A DNA stretch of 64,000 nt from Takakia lepidozioides (taxonomy: Eukaryota > Plantae > Bryophyta), in the NCBI GenBank assembly GCA_030704615.1, contig CM060732.1:65596001-65660000 (forward strand), read 5' to 3'. This document shows, in pieces, positions 48,140-60,699 of the stretch. Under the pieces are notes generated by a model. That model had not been told where the DNA came from. It searched no databases and was given only the letters and a program-made list of their open reading frames with translations. Position 1 is the stretch's first letter; each line of letters begins with the position of its first letter. A program made the position numbers and the translations under genes.

Positions 48140-48820
48140 TAGACTAGAAGATGCAGATGACCTGGTGCATGCAAGGGGTTGGACAAGCGACCGCCTCATG
48201 GACTTCTGGGTTTCTTGCAAAACACTTACCCTCCCTACCACTGTACGCAGTAAAGTGCGATTTCTAGATAGTTTCACTTGGATTTGTCTTCGGGACCATT
48301 GCAGTGCATATGGGACAACAGTTGAGTCCATACAGACTTGTATGGACAGACGATTCCCTACTCTGAATTGTGTTGGTGTGGAAGCGCTCATTGTCCCTGT
48401 TACTTCTGAGTGAGTTTTCTGCACACCCTGCCCCTTTGTCTCGCTTCCATACGCATTTTGCATGTGGAATCGTGTGTTTCGTGGATATGACGATGCTGAA
48501 AGTCTGCATGTATTGTGCAGCAACCACTGGAGTGTCGTAATAATGAAACCCATGCGCCACCTTCACTTGAATAGCATTAAAAACATGCACAAACATAAGA
48601 GGTTGAAGCCACTGTTTGCTAGATTATGGGCTATGGTAAGAGGATTCTACCCTCCAGACCCAAGGTGGGTGGAGGCCACCGATCCTATGCGATGGGTGTG
48701 CCCCCCAGTTCCCCAGCAATCCTCCACATGGGAATGTGGCCTCTTTACAACTCATTACATTGACTTGTACCTTGACCAATGCTTCGTGAACCATGTGTCG
48801 GGTGGTGCAAGTCCGGTAAG
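48140..48820 (+). pseudogene. Ulp1/C48-like SUMO-protease fragment, typical DNA-transposon cargo
   Basis: GWTSDRLMDFW...RFLDSF...LIVPVTS|DNHWSVVIM (GT-AG intron 48410-48520)...HLNS...VPQQSSTWECGLF. His and Cys are retained; the triad Asp reads Asn. Confidence 0.8.
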
Positions 48821-48899
48821 CACTCAGTCGAACCTCCATGGTTTGAATCGCATTCCTCTTGGCAATTGTGCACGGGTGCCGTTTATGTCCTTCCACATT

Positions 48900-50280
48900 T
48901 GAGTCATGCACATACAACCTTGATGCCACTCGCATATTGTTTGCAGCTAAACCAGGATTGGTTTCCTCTTGAGGCTGTTGCTGTTGCAAAGAGACGGCAA
49001 ATTTGCAACTTGGTCATGGCAGAGCAGGACATGGCCTCCCCTATGCACGACCACCATATGTCAGGCCCGTGCGGGAGGCTGCGGGAGTGTCTTCCACGCA
49101 CTGTTCATGGCCTAGGACAAGGTCGAAGAACCCCCATCCCAGAAGACTGTGACTGTCGTGGCATTTGTGGACGCATTCACCTTCCTATTTTTATACTCTT
49201 TCCCCTTCAATGTGTAATCTACTCCCCATTGTTTGGGCATTCCTCGCTTGTAACATAGTACATTGAAATGCCCATGTCGGACTTGTTGCCCATCCTCGCA
49301 ACGAATGTATCACATGCAGTGCATCTGCCTTCTCCCCAGTGGGGATTCCAATTATCTTTTGCAGCCTTAATGTCTGTTCGTTACACTTTTTGTGATGAAG
49401 TTGTTTCGATATGTACCATTCAAAAATGAACATGTGCCCTCCCAAGTATACCTCAACCTAAGGATGGCCTGGTTCAGTCATGATGTGAATGTCTCCACCA
49501 GTGATGATTCTGTATATAACCCACGCCAATGTTTTGTGCTCCACCCTCTAGGACATCCAATGCGTTGCACAATGGCAAATCAACGACGTGTAAGGAGATC
49601 GATGAGTGCCGTTAGGATTCCCATAATGATACATACAGAGAGGGCATCATGCGTCGGGTGCGCTTATGAAAGAGCGGGCCTCAATGTCACCGCGGAAAAT
49701 GAGAACCCACCGCATATGCACCTGAATCCGACGGGAGGCATGTTGTGGCCCATACTGCACCATATTCATGGTTGTGTGCCACAACACATGCCACTCTCCT
49801 GCCTGCAACTCACACCACCGGTGTCTGTCATTCACATTGCTCAATGGATCGAATTCCTCCTCTGCAATGTCAACATCGACGTCATGCCATTCCACACCGT
49901 CCTCATCTTCATCTTCATCCTCGTCCTCCTCTGCAATCTCAACATCGACGTCATGCCATTCCACACCGTCTTCATCTTCATCTTCATCTTCATCTTCATC
50001 GTCCTCTGAATCTTCATTCCAATCGTCATCGGCGTCGTAATGTTATTCCATGCAGCAAAGTGTGATGTTCCTAACACAGTAATGTATCACAGAAGTGGGG
50101 GGGGGGGGGGGGGGGCACTCACTTCTGGTCGTGCCTCTCCGTTCTGGTTCCACAGTGCTTCGAAGGGAGGCCCATGACCCTTCATCTTTTACGGGAACCT
50201 AGTATGTTGTCTCATCGTCCTATGATGTGGCTCTTCCGACCTCCCTGCGTATGCCTCTGCAAGCACCATTCTCTACAGTG
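48900..50280 (-). pseudogene. Degenerate spliced coding remnant with a Asp/Glu tandem repeat, convergent with the Ulp1 fragment; product unknown
   Basis: EDEDEDGVEWHDVDV(E/D)IAEE repeated twice; a long reading frame broken by stops; a GTGAGT donor next to the G-run at ~50097-50122. Confidence 0.4.
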
Positions 50281-50799
50281 TCTGTATACATTGAATACAT
50301 TGTGTGCATATGCATTGTCATAGCTATTTGTCAAAGCCATTGTCATTGTCAAAATCATTGCTCATTGTCATACTCATTTTATGCATAGCTCATTGTATGT
50401 AGTGTGTGCAGCATTTCGTAGACGTCACTACAAGAGATGAGCGTTTTTAGGACTACGGCTTTTGCGGAGTCATAAAAACGGCATTAGGTACACGACTACA
50501 GAACGTTGAAATGCGTTGCAGTCATAGTTTTATCACTCTGTAGTAATGGATATCACTACATGACCCCGGAAAGGTAGGGAGTATTGGTCAAACATTGTTG
50601 ACCACGATGACATGATGGTTTATATGACTCGCGTTATATGGAGGACTATACGTGGATGAATTTTCCTAGAATCGTATGACTTCATGACCGAATATGGTTT
50701 CACAGCTCTAATTATATGACTGCATCACTACACGTGTCATTTTGAAGGCACATACACGAATGTATTCATCCATTGGGCAAGTTCATTCATCAATGATCA

Positions 50800-53700
50800 A
50801 AGTGCAAAAGGTTAAAAAAAATTCAAAAAGTTGCTTATAGGGTTGCTCATTAGGGTGCCAGCCATGAACGGCGGGCTGGGACTTGGCCTCCTTTTGGGTT
50901 TTTTTTTGTCTCCTGCCACACCATATGTTTTCTTAGTGTCCACGAGCCTAGAGCATGGAACACAATGATCGCAGGATGTGCAGGGGCGTGGGATGGAGGC
51001 TTTGCAGACCTATTCTTGAGCAAATGATGCAGGAAGGGGCGAGGATAGGCACAGCAAGGCACTACAACACACTATGGTTTTCAGCACCGTCGGTATTTCA
51101 CTATGAATTTCACTATTTGCCACTTTTCATTATTTCTAGCACCACGTACTGAAACATGCTGATATTAATAAAACAATTCACTACAACTATCAAAAGTTTC
51201 ACTATAGAGTCCTTTATTCTACCACCCCTAAGTCAAACATTGACAGCTGTAATTATGAAAATATAATTTATAATATATATTTTAATTTCAATAACTCAAA
51301 GTGAAAGTTATACTATAACTTTACTAACAAGTGTTCAAACTAGCCCAATGGTAATATATTTTACTACCACTATCAAATGTTTGTCTACGTGGTGTTTTGG
51401 TTTTCTAGACAAGCCTGGTAGCAGGATTTTAGCCTCTGACCTAGAATGAATCAAAGTGCAAAAGGTTAAAAAGTCAAAAAGTTGCTAATAAGGTTGTCCA
51501 TTAGGGTGATCGTGAACACAGAGGAGGGCTAGGACTTGGCATTTTTTTGTCTCATGCGCCACACCATGTAGCCGAGGGATGGAACGCGATGATCGCAAGA
51601 TATGCAGGGGCGTGGGATGGAGGCGTTGAGCAAATGATGCAGGAAGGAGGAGAGGAGGAGGAGATGAGACGAGGAGAAGCTCGCAACATTCTTGTGAGCT
51701 CCCAGTTCTTGGGAGAGTCAGCTTGGTCTTAGGAGGCCATGTTTCAATCTCTGCCTACTCAGCTGCACCGTGGTGGTTCGATCTCACAAACCAATCCGAC
51801 ATTACCTGACTACAGACACAAGCAGCACACACAAGAGGTCATTTTGGGTTGATGGTCGGTCAAGTCATGACACAAGCTCAAGGACAATGTGGTGAGGGCA
51901 CCTTCTTCTTTGACCTATTTCAGCCTGTTTTGCCCTCTCACATCATGTTTGTGTGCATTGCAATGCTTGCGCAAGCCTAGCAGCCCTTGAGAAGGGCAAA
52001 GAGGTGCGTGGGGATATCATCAAAGCTGGAATTGTACCTAATGTCATTCTAAACACTGCCCTGGCAGCTCTGGAAAAGGGGAAGGAGGTCCATGGTGACA
52101 TCTTCAGAGCTGGAATTGTACCAAATGTCATTTTGAACAATACCCTAGTGGAAATGTATGCAAAATGTGGGTGCATCGAGGATGCAAAGGGAGTGTTCAA
52201 CACTATGGCTGAACGAGATGTGGTGTCGTGGAGTGCAATGCTTGCAGGGTATGCACAGTAGGGACGTGGGATGGAGGCTTTTGAGACCTATGAGCAAAGA
52301 TGGGGGAAGGGGTTCAGCCCGTCCACATCATGTTTGTGTACATTGCAGGCCTGGCAGCCCTGGAGAAGGGCAAAGAGGTGCATGGGGATATCATCAAAGC
52401 TGGAATTGTACCTAATGTCATTCTAAACACTGCCCTGGCAGCTCTGGAAAAGGGGAAGGAGGTCCATGGTGATACCTTCAGAGCTGGAATTGTACCAAAT
52501 GTCATTTTGAACAATACCCTAGTGGACATGTATGCAAAATGTGGGTGCATCGAGGATGCAAAGGGAGTGTTCAACACTATGGCTGAACGAGATGTGGTGT
52601 CGTGGAGTGCGATGCTTGCAGGGTATGCACAGCAGGGACGTGGGATGGAGGCTTTGGAGACCTATGAGCAAATGATGGGGTAAGGGGTTCAGCCCGGCCA
52701 CATCATGTTTGTGTGCATTGCAGGCCTGGCAGCCCTGATTTAAATCAGGAACCTCAACCATGACCACAACTTCTAAAAGAGGATCGAGAGAGGGAGTCCA
52801 TAATGCCTCTTCTGGCTCTTCTGGGCATGTGAAGATGCTTTGTGAGGCAGGTGTAGTGTGAAACCAGCGGGGGAAGGATGTTTGCCACTCACTGAATTTT
52901 TGGTGTCTACAGGGAAGAAGTCCAAGGCCTGGAACTAAATTTCTCTAAGTTGATACTGTTTGAAAGGTGAGTCTTATGCCATCAAGAATTGAAGGGTGAC
53001 TTGAGCTCACTGGAATCTAGGTTGGCTAAGGATCAATGCGGCTGCTGCTACGAGCGATGGACTGAACATGACTGTGAATAGTAGGTTATCGCGTTCATTC
53101 TGCCATCTCGTAACTTTGATTTAGGAAGTGAATTAATTAGTAGTAGGGCAGGCGGATAAATGATAGATAGCGTGGCAGCTGGTCTGTCTGGGCTGTTGCC
53201 ACAAAAGCAAGCAGTGCCATCAATGTTTTATAAGTGATTAGGGCTCGCTGGCGGATAGGGTTTGCTGAAGGCAGAGTCATCACTTGCTGAGTCTAGCCAC
53301 TGGAGAAGCGCCAGAAGTAGGAGCAAGCGAAAAACACCAAGGTAGCTGCTGACGAGGATGTAGGAGCTAGAGTGGGCAGGGAACTCGACTGCCTGATCCC
53401 AAGTATAAAGCAGCTAAGTAAGATGAGGTTTAGGTTCTTCTACTTAGGATAGATGTTATTGAAATTTCTTGGATGCTCTCAAGTTAGCATGAGAGAGGTG
53501 ATAACTTTCTAAAAAATGGAATGGAGGGACGGCCTGGACTTCAAACCAGGAAGGTGTAGAGAGAACGAGAGGTGATGCAAGCATTGCAGTGGAATGCTGA
53601 TTGAGGGGAGATTCTCCAAACCCTCAGTCACAGAATGTATTGTCTTGATTCTGTTTTCTTTTCTTTCTGGTTCAGCACTGTGAGTCTGGAATCAACATTG

Positions 53701-55333
53701 CTTTAGGGTTTTAGTGGTGATCATACCTACAAAGTGGATGTTGTAGAGTAGAAACAAGTAAGATTTGCTGGTCAGTATTACAGCATAGGAATGAGGGTTC
53801 AGGTTACCAAGAATCAAGGCCTGGCATATGCATGATCAAAGTAGTGGAATGCATGGTAGATCTCTTGCAAACTGTTGGGTGCTTCTGCATTGCATATAGC
53901 TACATAAGTGACACTGTCATTTCATGTTAGTTGTTAGACTGAGAGGGATCTGTTTCTGGAACTCTATTAATTGGGAGTTGAATACAAACTAAGGTTTTTG
54001 TTTTGTAGAATGCATATAGTTAAGGGGCTTGTATTTACTGACTAACAAACTAATTGCTTCTGCAAGCAATCAGAATGAAGAGGGTCTCTGCGTGGAAAGA
54101 GAGACAGACTAATGAAGGATGAAGGGAGGGTCACTTGCGAGTTAAAGGAAAAACCATGAGAGGCAGTGTACTACCTGTACCTGCACATGGTGGTAGATCC
54201 ATGTTGCATCCTCACATCCCAATGCTTTCATTCTAGAGGAAGTTCAGCATGTACTGCTTTTAAATGTAACCACTTATAGGCTGTGTATTCACCCTGATAG
54301 TGAACTGTTTGTGACACTGAAATCATAACAGCAGTCTTATTGGTGTATGCAAACCGGACTTGGATGTACTAAGTCATAAAAGGGAGAAACTTCCCAGTCC
54401 CATCCATGTCTTCTCTTCCGTTGCGGTGTGGATGAGGGCATCTGGTCTCTGATCATGAACAGGGTAGAGGCACTCATTAGGGGTTCAAGTCTTAGGGTAG
54501 CAAGCGTATCTTTCACTAAGAACTAGATAGAATTAAATAGAAGGGGATTTATGCCCCTTTCTTTTCACACTACATAGGCAGACTGAAAGAGGCTCTACAA
54601 CCTTTAAACCAAAGAGCATTTCAGCATATTCAGATATGTATGTCTGTCTCTTGCTTAAGTGCATCAAAATGAAGGGTCTGGAAGCTGGAAAGCAGGTGCA
54701 CACTCACATTATCCAAATTGGATTCACGCCAAGTGTTTTTCTCCTCAACACCCTTGTGAACATGTATGTTAAGTGCAAGAGCATAATGAATGCACACCGA
54801 GTGTTCAACGTAATGCCTCAACGAACTTTGATCACGTTGAATACAATGTTGGCAGGATTTAACATGGGTGTGGTAGGAATGCTTTGGAGACCTGTGAGCA
54901 AATGTTGCGCGAAGGGCCGGTGAAGCCCAACCACATCACCTTTGTTGGTGTTTGCAATGCGTGTGCAAGCCTGGGAGCCCTGGAAAAGGGGAAAGAGGTC
55001 CATGCTGACATCGTCAAAGCTGGAATTGTACCAGATGTCATCCTGATCTGACAGGTTTGCCAAATGTGGGTGCATTCAGGATGCGAAGGGAGTATTTCAC
55101 ATTCTGGCTGAACGAGATCTGGTGTCGTGGAACGCGATGCTTGCAGGGTATGCACAGCAAGGGCACGGGATGGAGGCTTTGGAGTCCTATGAGAAAATGA
55201 TGTGGGAAGGGTGAAGCCCGACCACATCAGGTTTGTGTGCGTTTGCAGTGCGTGTGCAAGCCTGGCAGCCCTTGAAAAGGGCAAAGAGGTGCATGGTCGC
55301 ATTGCCAAAGCTGGAATTGTACCAGATGTGATT
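50800..55333 (+). pseudogene. PPR-pseudogene mosaic including a ~370-bp tandem duplication of an L-L'-S-P block and an N-terminal PPR copy
   Basis: ORFs 51953-52261 and 52300-52683 are near-identical; HVKMLCEAG|RLKEAL...YVCLLLKCIKMKGLEAGKQVHTHIIQ...MYVKC. Confidence 0.88.
52852..54574. mobile_element. Solo-LTR-like insertion (1723 bp)
   Basis: Perfect 12-bp terminal inverted repeat TGTAGTGTGAAA (52852-52863) / TTTCACACTACA (54563-54574); TG...CA ends; 4-bp TSD CAGG/TAGG; an empty site is seen in the paralogue at ~62790; no long ORF. Confidence 0.8.
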
Positions 55334-55569
55334 GGGGGTTGCTATTCCATGAGCTCATGAGCGGGCATGGCTCATCCATGAGCCGCAAAATAACACACTT
55401 CGAATTTCGGCAGATTTTTTTTGGGCCCAAAACTATAAAATAATCGAAAATCGAAGATTTCCGCGCTCATGCTGGAAGCACTCCGCTCATGAGTACCAGT
55501 GTACGCTCATGACTTGGAGCCCAGGCTCATGGACCGCCAGGCCAGGTCATAGAAAAACTGAATTCTGGG

Positions 55570-56045
55570 CAATAACGGCACCGAAATTATCCCAGAGGCA
55601 GAGACGCAAGTGGAATTAGGATCCGGGTTTGCAGACTCCGAAAACGCAATGGCGACCTATAACCGTGGATAGTACTGTTGCAGAAGTGCAGGATGGTTGG
55701 GTATAACGGCGCCGTAATTGGGCACAGGAAAAGAAATAGCCGGCTGAAGGCTCGGGAGTGAAGCCAACAATGGTGAAAGTAATTGGGCTCCACCAACCAA
55801 ATACCCGGCTGCATCCTCCGGAGTGCAGGCGATAACGGCGCCGAAATGGGCCCCGAAAACCAAATACTCGGCTGAAGCCACCGGAGTGCAGCCGATAACG
55901 GCGCTGAAATTGGGTCCGGAAACCAAATACCCGGCTGAAGGCTGGGGATTGCAACCAATAACGGCGCCGAAATTGACCTGCGGAAACAAAATTCTCGGCT
56001 GAAGCTTCCGCACTCCATCCAATAACGGCACCGAAATTGGGCTCT
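55570..56045. repeat. Subterminal ~63-bp tandem repeat containing ATAACGGCGCCGAAAT
   Basis: Units at ~55572, 55703, 55832, 55895, 55958 and 56022; related motifs near the right end (62152, 62284, 62350, 62416). Confidence 0.85.
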
Positions 56046-56159
56046 GGAGAGCAAATACCCGCCTTACGGTAAGGGAGGCCTTGCTCTCATTTTGCTCTTC
56101 ACTCTTCTCTGTTGTGCCCATCTCCTCCCTGCTTTGAGTTTGTGCTGTGTCGTGAGGCC

Positions 56160-56711
56160 ATGTCGTGCCCGAATCACATCTATCGACGCCAGACGGGAGT
56201 CATTTTCCCGAAAGCAGACGACATCATTGTTTTCCTGGATGTTTACAGGGACGATCCTCGACTTGTCCAGCTGAGAGCAATGGAGTTTCTTCCAGGATTG
56301 CACGATTCTCCTGGACCCCGGCTGGGGAGCAGGTGGTTCCTACGCATCATGGACCTGGACTTTCTACATGAGTGGGAGCCAAACAGATCACGCACAGCGT
56401 TGCTATATCGCTGGAATTGTTGCGAGTGGACGTATGATGAGTGCATAGGTGAAAACTTTACGCGTGGACGGACTGGCTCAGAAAGTGGGGACATTCTCTT
56501 CAATTATGAGGATGAGGAGGAGGGGAACACAGGGCCCACTGTGAAAATGTCCTTATACCAAGGGGGCGCTATCGATAAACACGACATCCTCGTTAGTTTC
56601 AACCGGGCGACAGAAACCACTGACATTTTGTTCAAATATAGGCACCCGGTCACTCAGGAGGTCCTTGAGAGGCCAGTTAGAGTTCCTTCTTCTTGGGCGA
56701 GGGGACCATAG
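56160..56711 (+). CDS. Uninterrupted 183-aa ORF of unknown function inside the MULE
   Basis: ATG at 56160 to TAG at 56711, with globular-looking composition; no recognised motif. Confidence 0.4.
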   Translation: MSCPNHIYRRQTGVIFPKADDIIVFLDVYRDDPRLVQLRAMEFLPGLHDSPGPRLGSRWFLRIMDLDFLHEWEPNRSRTALLYRWNCCEWTYDECIGENFTRGRTGSESGDILFNYEDEEEGNTGPTVKMSLYQGGAIDKHDILVSFNRATETTDILFKYRHPVTQEVLERPVRVPSSWARGP

Positions 56712-57394
56712 GTCTTGCATGCTAGAGTAGACATGTTTCGACTCGCCGACACTCAGGGCACATACATTTTCATTCAGAAATCAAGCAGCTTCCCTGTGCC
56801 ATATGGGGAATATACATGCTTGGATAATCTTCTGTTAAGGTTTTTTGCAATTCACTGCCAGTATGCTGGGACGTGTCCTTTGTCGTATGGATTGCTGTTT
56901 GCACAAGGTGCAGTATGCAAATGCTGGAATGTGCAGTAGGACCCTTCCCACTGGGACACAGAACTAGCAATCTTGTAAAGGCATCACATTTGCAGAACAG
57001 TAACAATGTATTTGTAGCAAATTGGAGTCTTCTCATAAAGGTGGACGAAAACGCCAGGATGGGCTGCGAAATCACTACAAATTGAATGAAGAGCAGTAAC
57101 AAGGAAGCACTATGCAGTACACAGACCATAAACGGCGCTGAAATAGGCCTCAATGCCCGTTAATCTCCACACAATGTATGCTTTACTCGGATCCATTTGT
57201 AGACAACCAAAATAAAAAAAGCATGCGCATGCCATTCATGGCCAAAAACCACATTCTCATGTATTGCGGCACCGAAATTCACATGTAGCCATGGCGATGC
57301 GGCACCACCAAGTGTATAATTCCTCACAAAAAAATAGGGTGCAAGAAGATGAATGTAATATAATTGCCACTTTCTCCTTCCCGAATGTGGAATG

Positions 57395-57990
57395 TCAAGC
57401 AGTCCGACCAGTATCCTGCCGTAGGGCCTTGTGCAGCTCGTTGAAACTCAGTGTTGGAGCATGGATGAAGACGTCCACTGCGGATATGCAACTCATGCGC
57501 TTCAGAAAAATGTAATAAAGGTGTTTGTAGGGGACGTATGCTGCATTCTTCGATTCCATAACAAGGAAGTCCTCATAGTTGCAAGCTGGATACTGTGAAA
57601 CCGTGATTGTATACACGACACTGCGCGCAGCAGACCCGGCTGTTGACAACTGAAATATGCGCCCCATCCCGGAGTGAGGAACATCCCTGCAACCTTGCAC
57701 TATGCAGGGCATTGCAAGAGCGTTGGCCATCCTGGTGTCGTTCGCCTTTGTTGGTGGCCGCCGTCTTTTCAGTTTCCCCCACCGATGGGTGGGCCAAGCT
57801 GCGGGGTCACCCACCGGTATGCGGGGCGAAGAGCTTCTCGTGGGAGGAGGATGACGACTGGGAATTGGATTTCGTGGAACGTATTTTTGCTTTCAAAGAA
57901 TCAGGATGGAAGTACACGTTTACCCAAATACGGGAGTCCATGTTGAAGACGGGACCTCTCGGTACGCTCCGCAGCGAAGTCCTGCAGTGA
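57395..57990 (-). pseudogene. C-terminal SWIM exon of a MULE transposase (DDE core absent)
   Basis: DPAAWPTHRWGKLKRRRPPT...GMGRIF...YTITVSQYPACNYEDF...PYKHLYYIFLKRM...FIHAPTLSFNE aligns with 16350-16774; two SWIM Cys read Tyr. Confidence 0.85.
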
Positions 57991-58189
57991 GAAGAGTGTG
58001 TCTTACCTAATAACACAAATGATTTTATGGAGGATTCCGTATCCAACAGGATGGGTGATTAGTGCACGTAAAGATGAAGGTGTGTAACGTACGTTACAAA
58101 AACGGACGACAACAACAAGTTCACATCGGATATTTGGTGCCTGAATTGTAATGTACAACCACTTGGGCTACAATAAATCAGGCCTTCCC

Positions 58190-59770
58190 ATAAATTTCGG
58201 CACCGAAATCTGGATGAACATCTCTGTCATGTAACAACTTTGGAAGCCAGGGGATGAATTCCGGCGACAGAAATCGTAATTTGTTCACCTCATGAAACTG
58301 ACCAAGCACCCAAAGGATGGATTTTGGTGCCGAAATTCGGATGAACATCTTCTTCATCAAATTGTTTCTGCACATGAGGGTTGAATTTGGATGCCAAAAT
58401 ATAGATGAATGTGTTCCTGATTACAGTCGTGATTCACCACGTGTCCGGATATCGGTGCCGACATCCGAATGACAGTAATTCTGAATCGGCAGAATGGATG
58501 TATTTCGGCGCCGAAATTCATCTGAAGTCTTTTTTTTCTTTTTTTTTCTTTTTTTTTTTTCTTTGCGACAAATGAACTTCGGCGCCGAATCTCATCCAAG
58601 TACTCCCTTCTAATTTTCCTTTTTCTTCGCGAGCAATGAATTTCGGCGCCGAAATTCATCCGAAGTCCTCCCGAATTTTTATTTTTTCTTCGCGAGCATT
58701 GAATTTTGGCGCCAAAATTCATCCGAAGTCCTCCCGAAATATATATTTTTCTTCGCGAGCAATAAATTTCGGCGCCGAAATTCATCCGAAGTCCTCCCGA
58801 ATTTTATTTTTTTCTTCCCGAGCAATGAATTTCGGCGCCGAAATTCAACCGACTTCATCCATCCAAATTCTTTTCAGGGTTTGAGCGCCGGATTTCGGCG
58901 CCGAAATTCATCCTTACTGTCCGCAATGAGTAACTCTAATATTACATTTTCAATGCGACGGATAAATTTCGGCGCCGAAATTCGTCCAAACCCGACACTT
59001 ACTTTTTGCTTCTGGATGATATAATTTTCCGGAAATCGTTGGAAATACCCCGTTCCGATGAAGATAACAGGAATATTCTGCATTTAATGGATAAATCGGC
59101 ATATTGAACCCCTTCTGTCAAAATTAATTGCATTTTAGCCGTTTTTTTCATTTGAAACCGACAGTATCTATTAAGTGGTCTTTTTCGCACGGGACGTTGC
59201 CGCACATAAAGTATAATTTCGGCGCCGAAATTATAGTTAATTGTCCAGAAATGGCAAGTCCAACAGGCATGGACAGATCCGTCAGGGGCAATGATGGCGG
59301 CGAAGCATAGCATGGTGCCGATTTAGTCTTCGCTCTGGATGAATTTCGGCGCCGAAATATGGATGATTTCACCTCGTCTGCGCGCGGACGGAGATATTCG
59401 TAATGAATTTCGGCGCCGAAATATGGATGAAATGTGCCCAAGTGCAGCCGTTTCCACTGTCCCGGAATTAATTCCGGCTCCAATATCCCACTGACAGGTT
59501 TGCTCATGACGGATGAGGACTTGGGAAGCGATGAATTGCGGCGCCGAAATTCGTAAGTTTGTGTATGAAAGCACTTGAATATGATGAATTTCGGCGCCGA
59601 AATTCATCCGTCCGCTGATGAAACGTACCGACCTGACTGTTGAATGTCATAGGCAGGGGATTTTCATGGCGGTTGGGTTTCATGATGTGCGGATATTTCA
59701 TTCAATGCCGGCTGCTCCGGGAACAGCATCCGGTGAACGGAAGGTATTTTGGTGCCGCAATTCGGATAAA
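58190..59770. repeat. Array of palindromic repeats (consensus GATGAATTTCGGCGCCGAAATTCATC) with ~63-bp period and mostly non-identical spacers
   Basis: About 20 copies, e.g. at ~58191, 58254, 58318, 58381, 58447, 58498, 58572, 58636, 58699, 58762, 58825, 58889, 58960, 59212, 59338, 59403, 59531, 59583; perfect 26-bp palindrome at 59583-59608. Confidence 0.9.
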
Positions 59771-60699
59771 CCGTCTTGTATTGGTGGCTGGAACTGGCAC
59801 GCGACTTCATCCGTGCGAACGTGTCAAGGGTCACAATCTCTTCATCACCCATACGGCAGAAAGTGGTGGACGGTGGCAACGCTTCGGGAGACGTGGCTGC
59901 TTACGCATCTGCTCGTGCATAGTGGTTGCATGTTCCACCGCTTCGCTCTCTCGCTCCTTGCCCTTCTGCAGTGACATTCTCCTGCGTGTCCTCTCCTTAT
60001 GCGGCATAGTGGTAGCATAGAGTTTGTGGAAGGTCAGGCGACTCCGACAAAGAGAAGGAGGACGTGGGATTTTGGGAAGCCGCCGACGACACGACTTAAG
60101 CTCCGTCTCATACATGAAATGCAGACCTCGTTATCCGGAGACTCGGATCGCCCACCAGTGAGAGATTCGTGCTTTGCGGATGTGAAGCACTCCATACGCA
60201 ATATTCCTTTTACACCTTTTTTTTTGCGTGCAGTGTCTCATGTTTTCCTGTTTGTTTGACATGGGAGCTAGGGAGGGATCGCACGGGGGCGAGGCAACAC
60301 AGTGAACATATGATACTCCTGCCCGGGTGCTGCGCTCGCAAGATGGAAGTGCATCGAGGCAGGCGAGTCCTCATTCAACACCTCAGATATCGCCTCAGAA
60401 AAGCCCACCTAGAGTTCGGAAGCCGAGGAAGCAGAAGGAGCCCATGGCTTCGCCAGTAAAACCCCTAGGGAGACTGGAAGCGGAGATATTGGGTTTGCAG
60501 TCAATTTCAGAAAACACGGATGCGGTGGAGGCCGCTGGAGATGTGGGAGTTGGATCTGCAGAAGTGCGGCCCATTGAGCTGACAGAAGGAGAGAACGACA
60601 ACATGGTACGACTTGGCGACGATCAGAACCTGCTGGAGCTTGCGGAGGAGCAAAACCTCCAGGACATTTCCTTCTCTGCAGACTCTTATCTACCGCTGT

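Noticed and set aside
49392-50065. Overlapping + strand ORFs with poly-Ser, His-Leu or Phe-Ile runs
   Set aside because: Shadow frames of the (TTCATC)n repeat that encodes Asp/Glu on the - strand.
50426-50544. Mini-CACTA element (CACTACAAGAGATGA...TCACTCTGTAGTA)
   Set aside because: The inverted repeat is imperfect, there is no 3-bp TSD, and CACTAC is part of the local motif family.
58357-59701. ORFs with repeated MNFGAEI / ISAPKF peptides
   Set aside because: Translations of the palindromic DNA repeat on both strands; not credible proteins.
58190-59770. Bona fide CRISPR array
   Set aside because: Eukaryotic TE context, no cas genes, degenerate repeats, and several spacers are duplicates; kept only as a CRISPR-like repeat finding.
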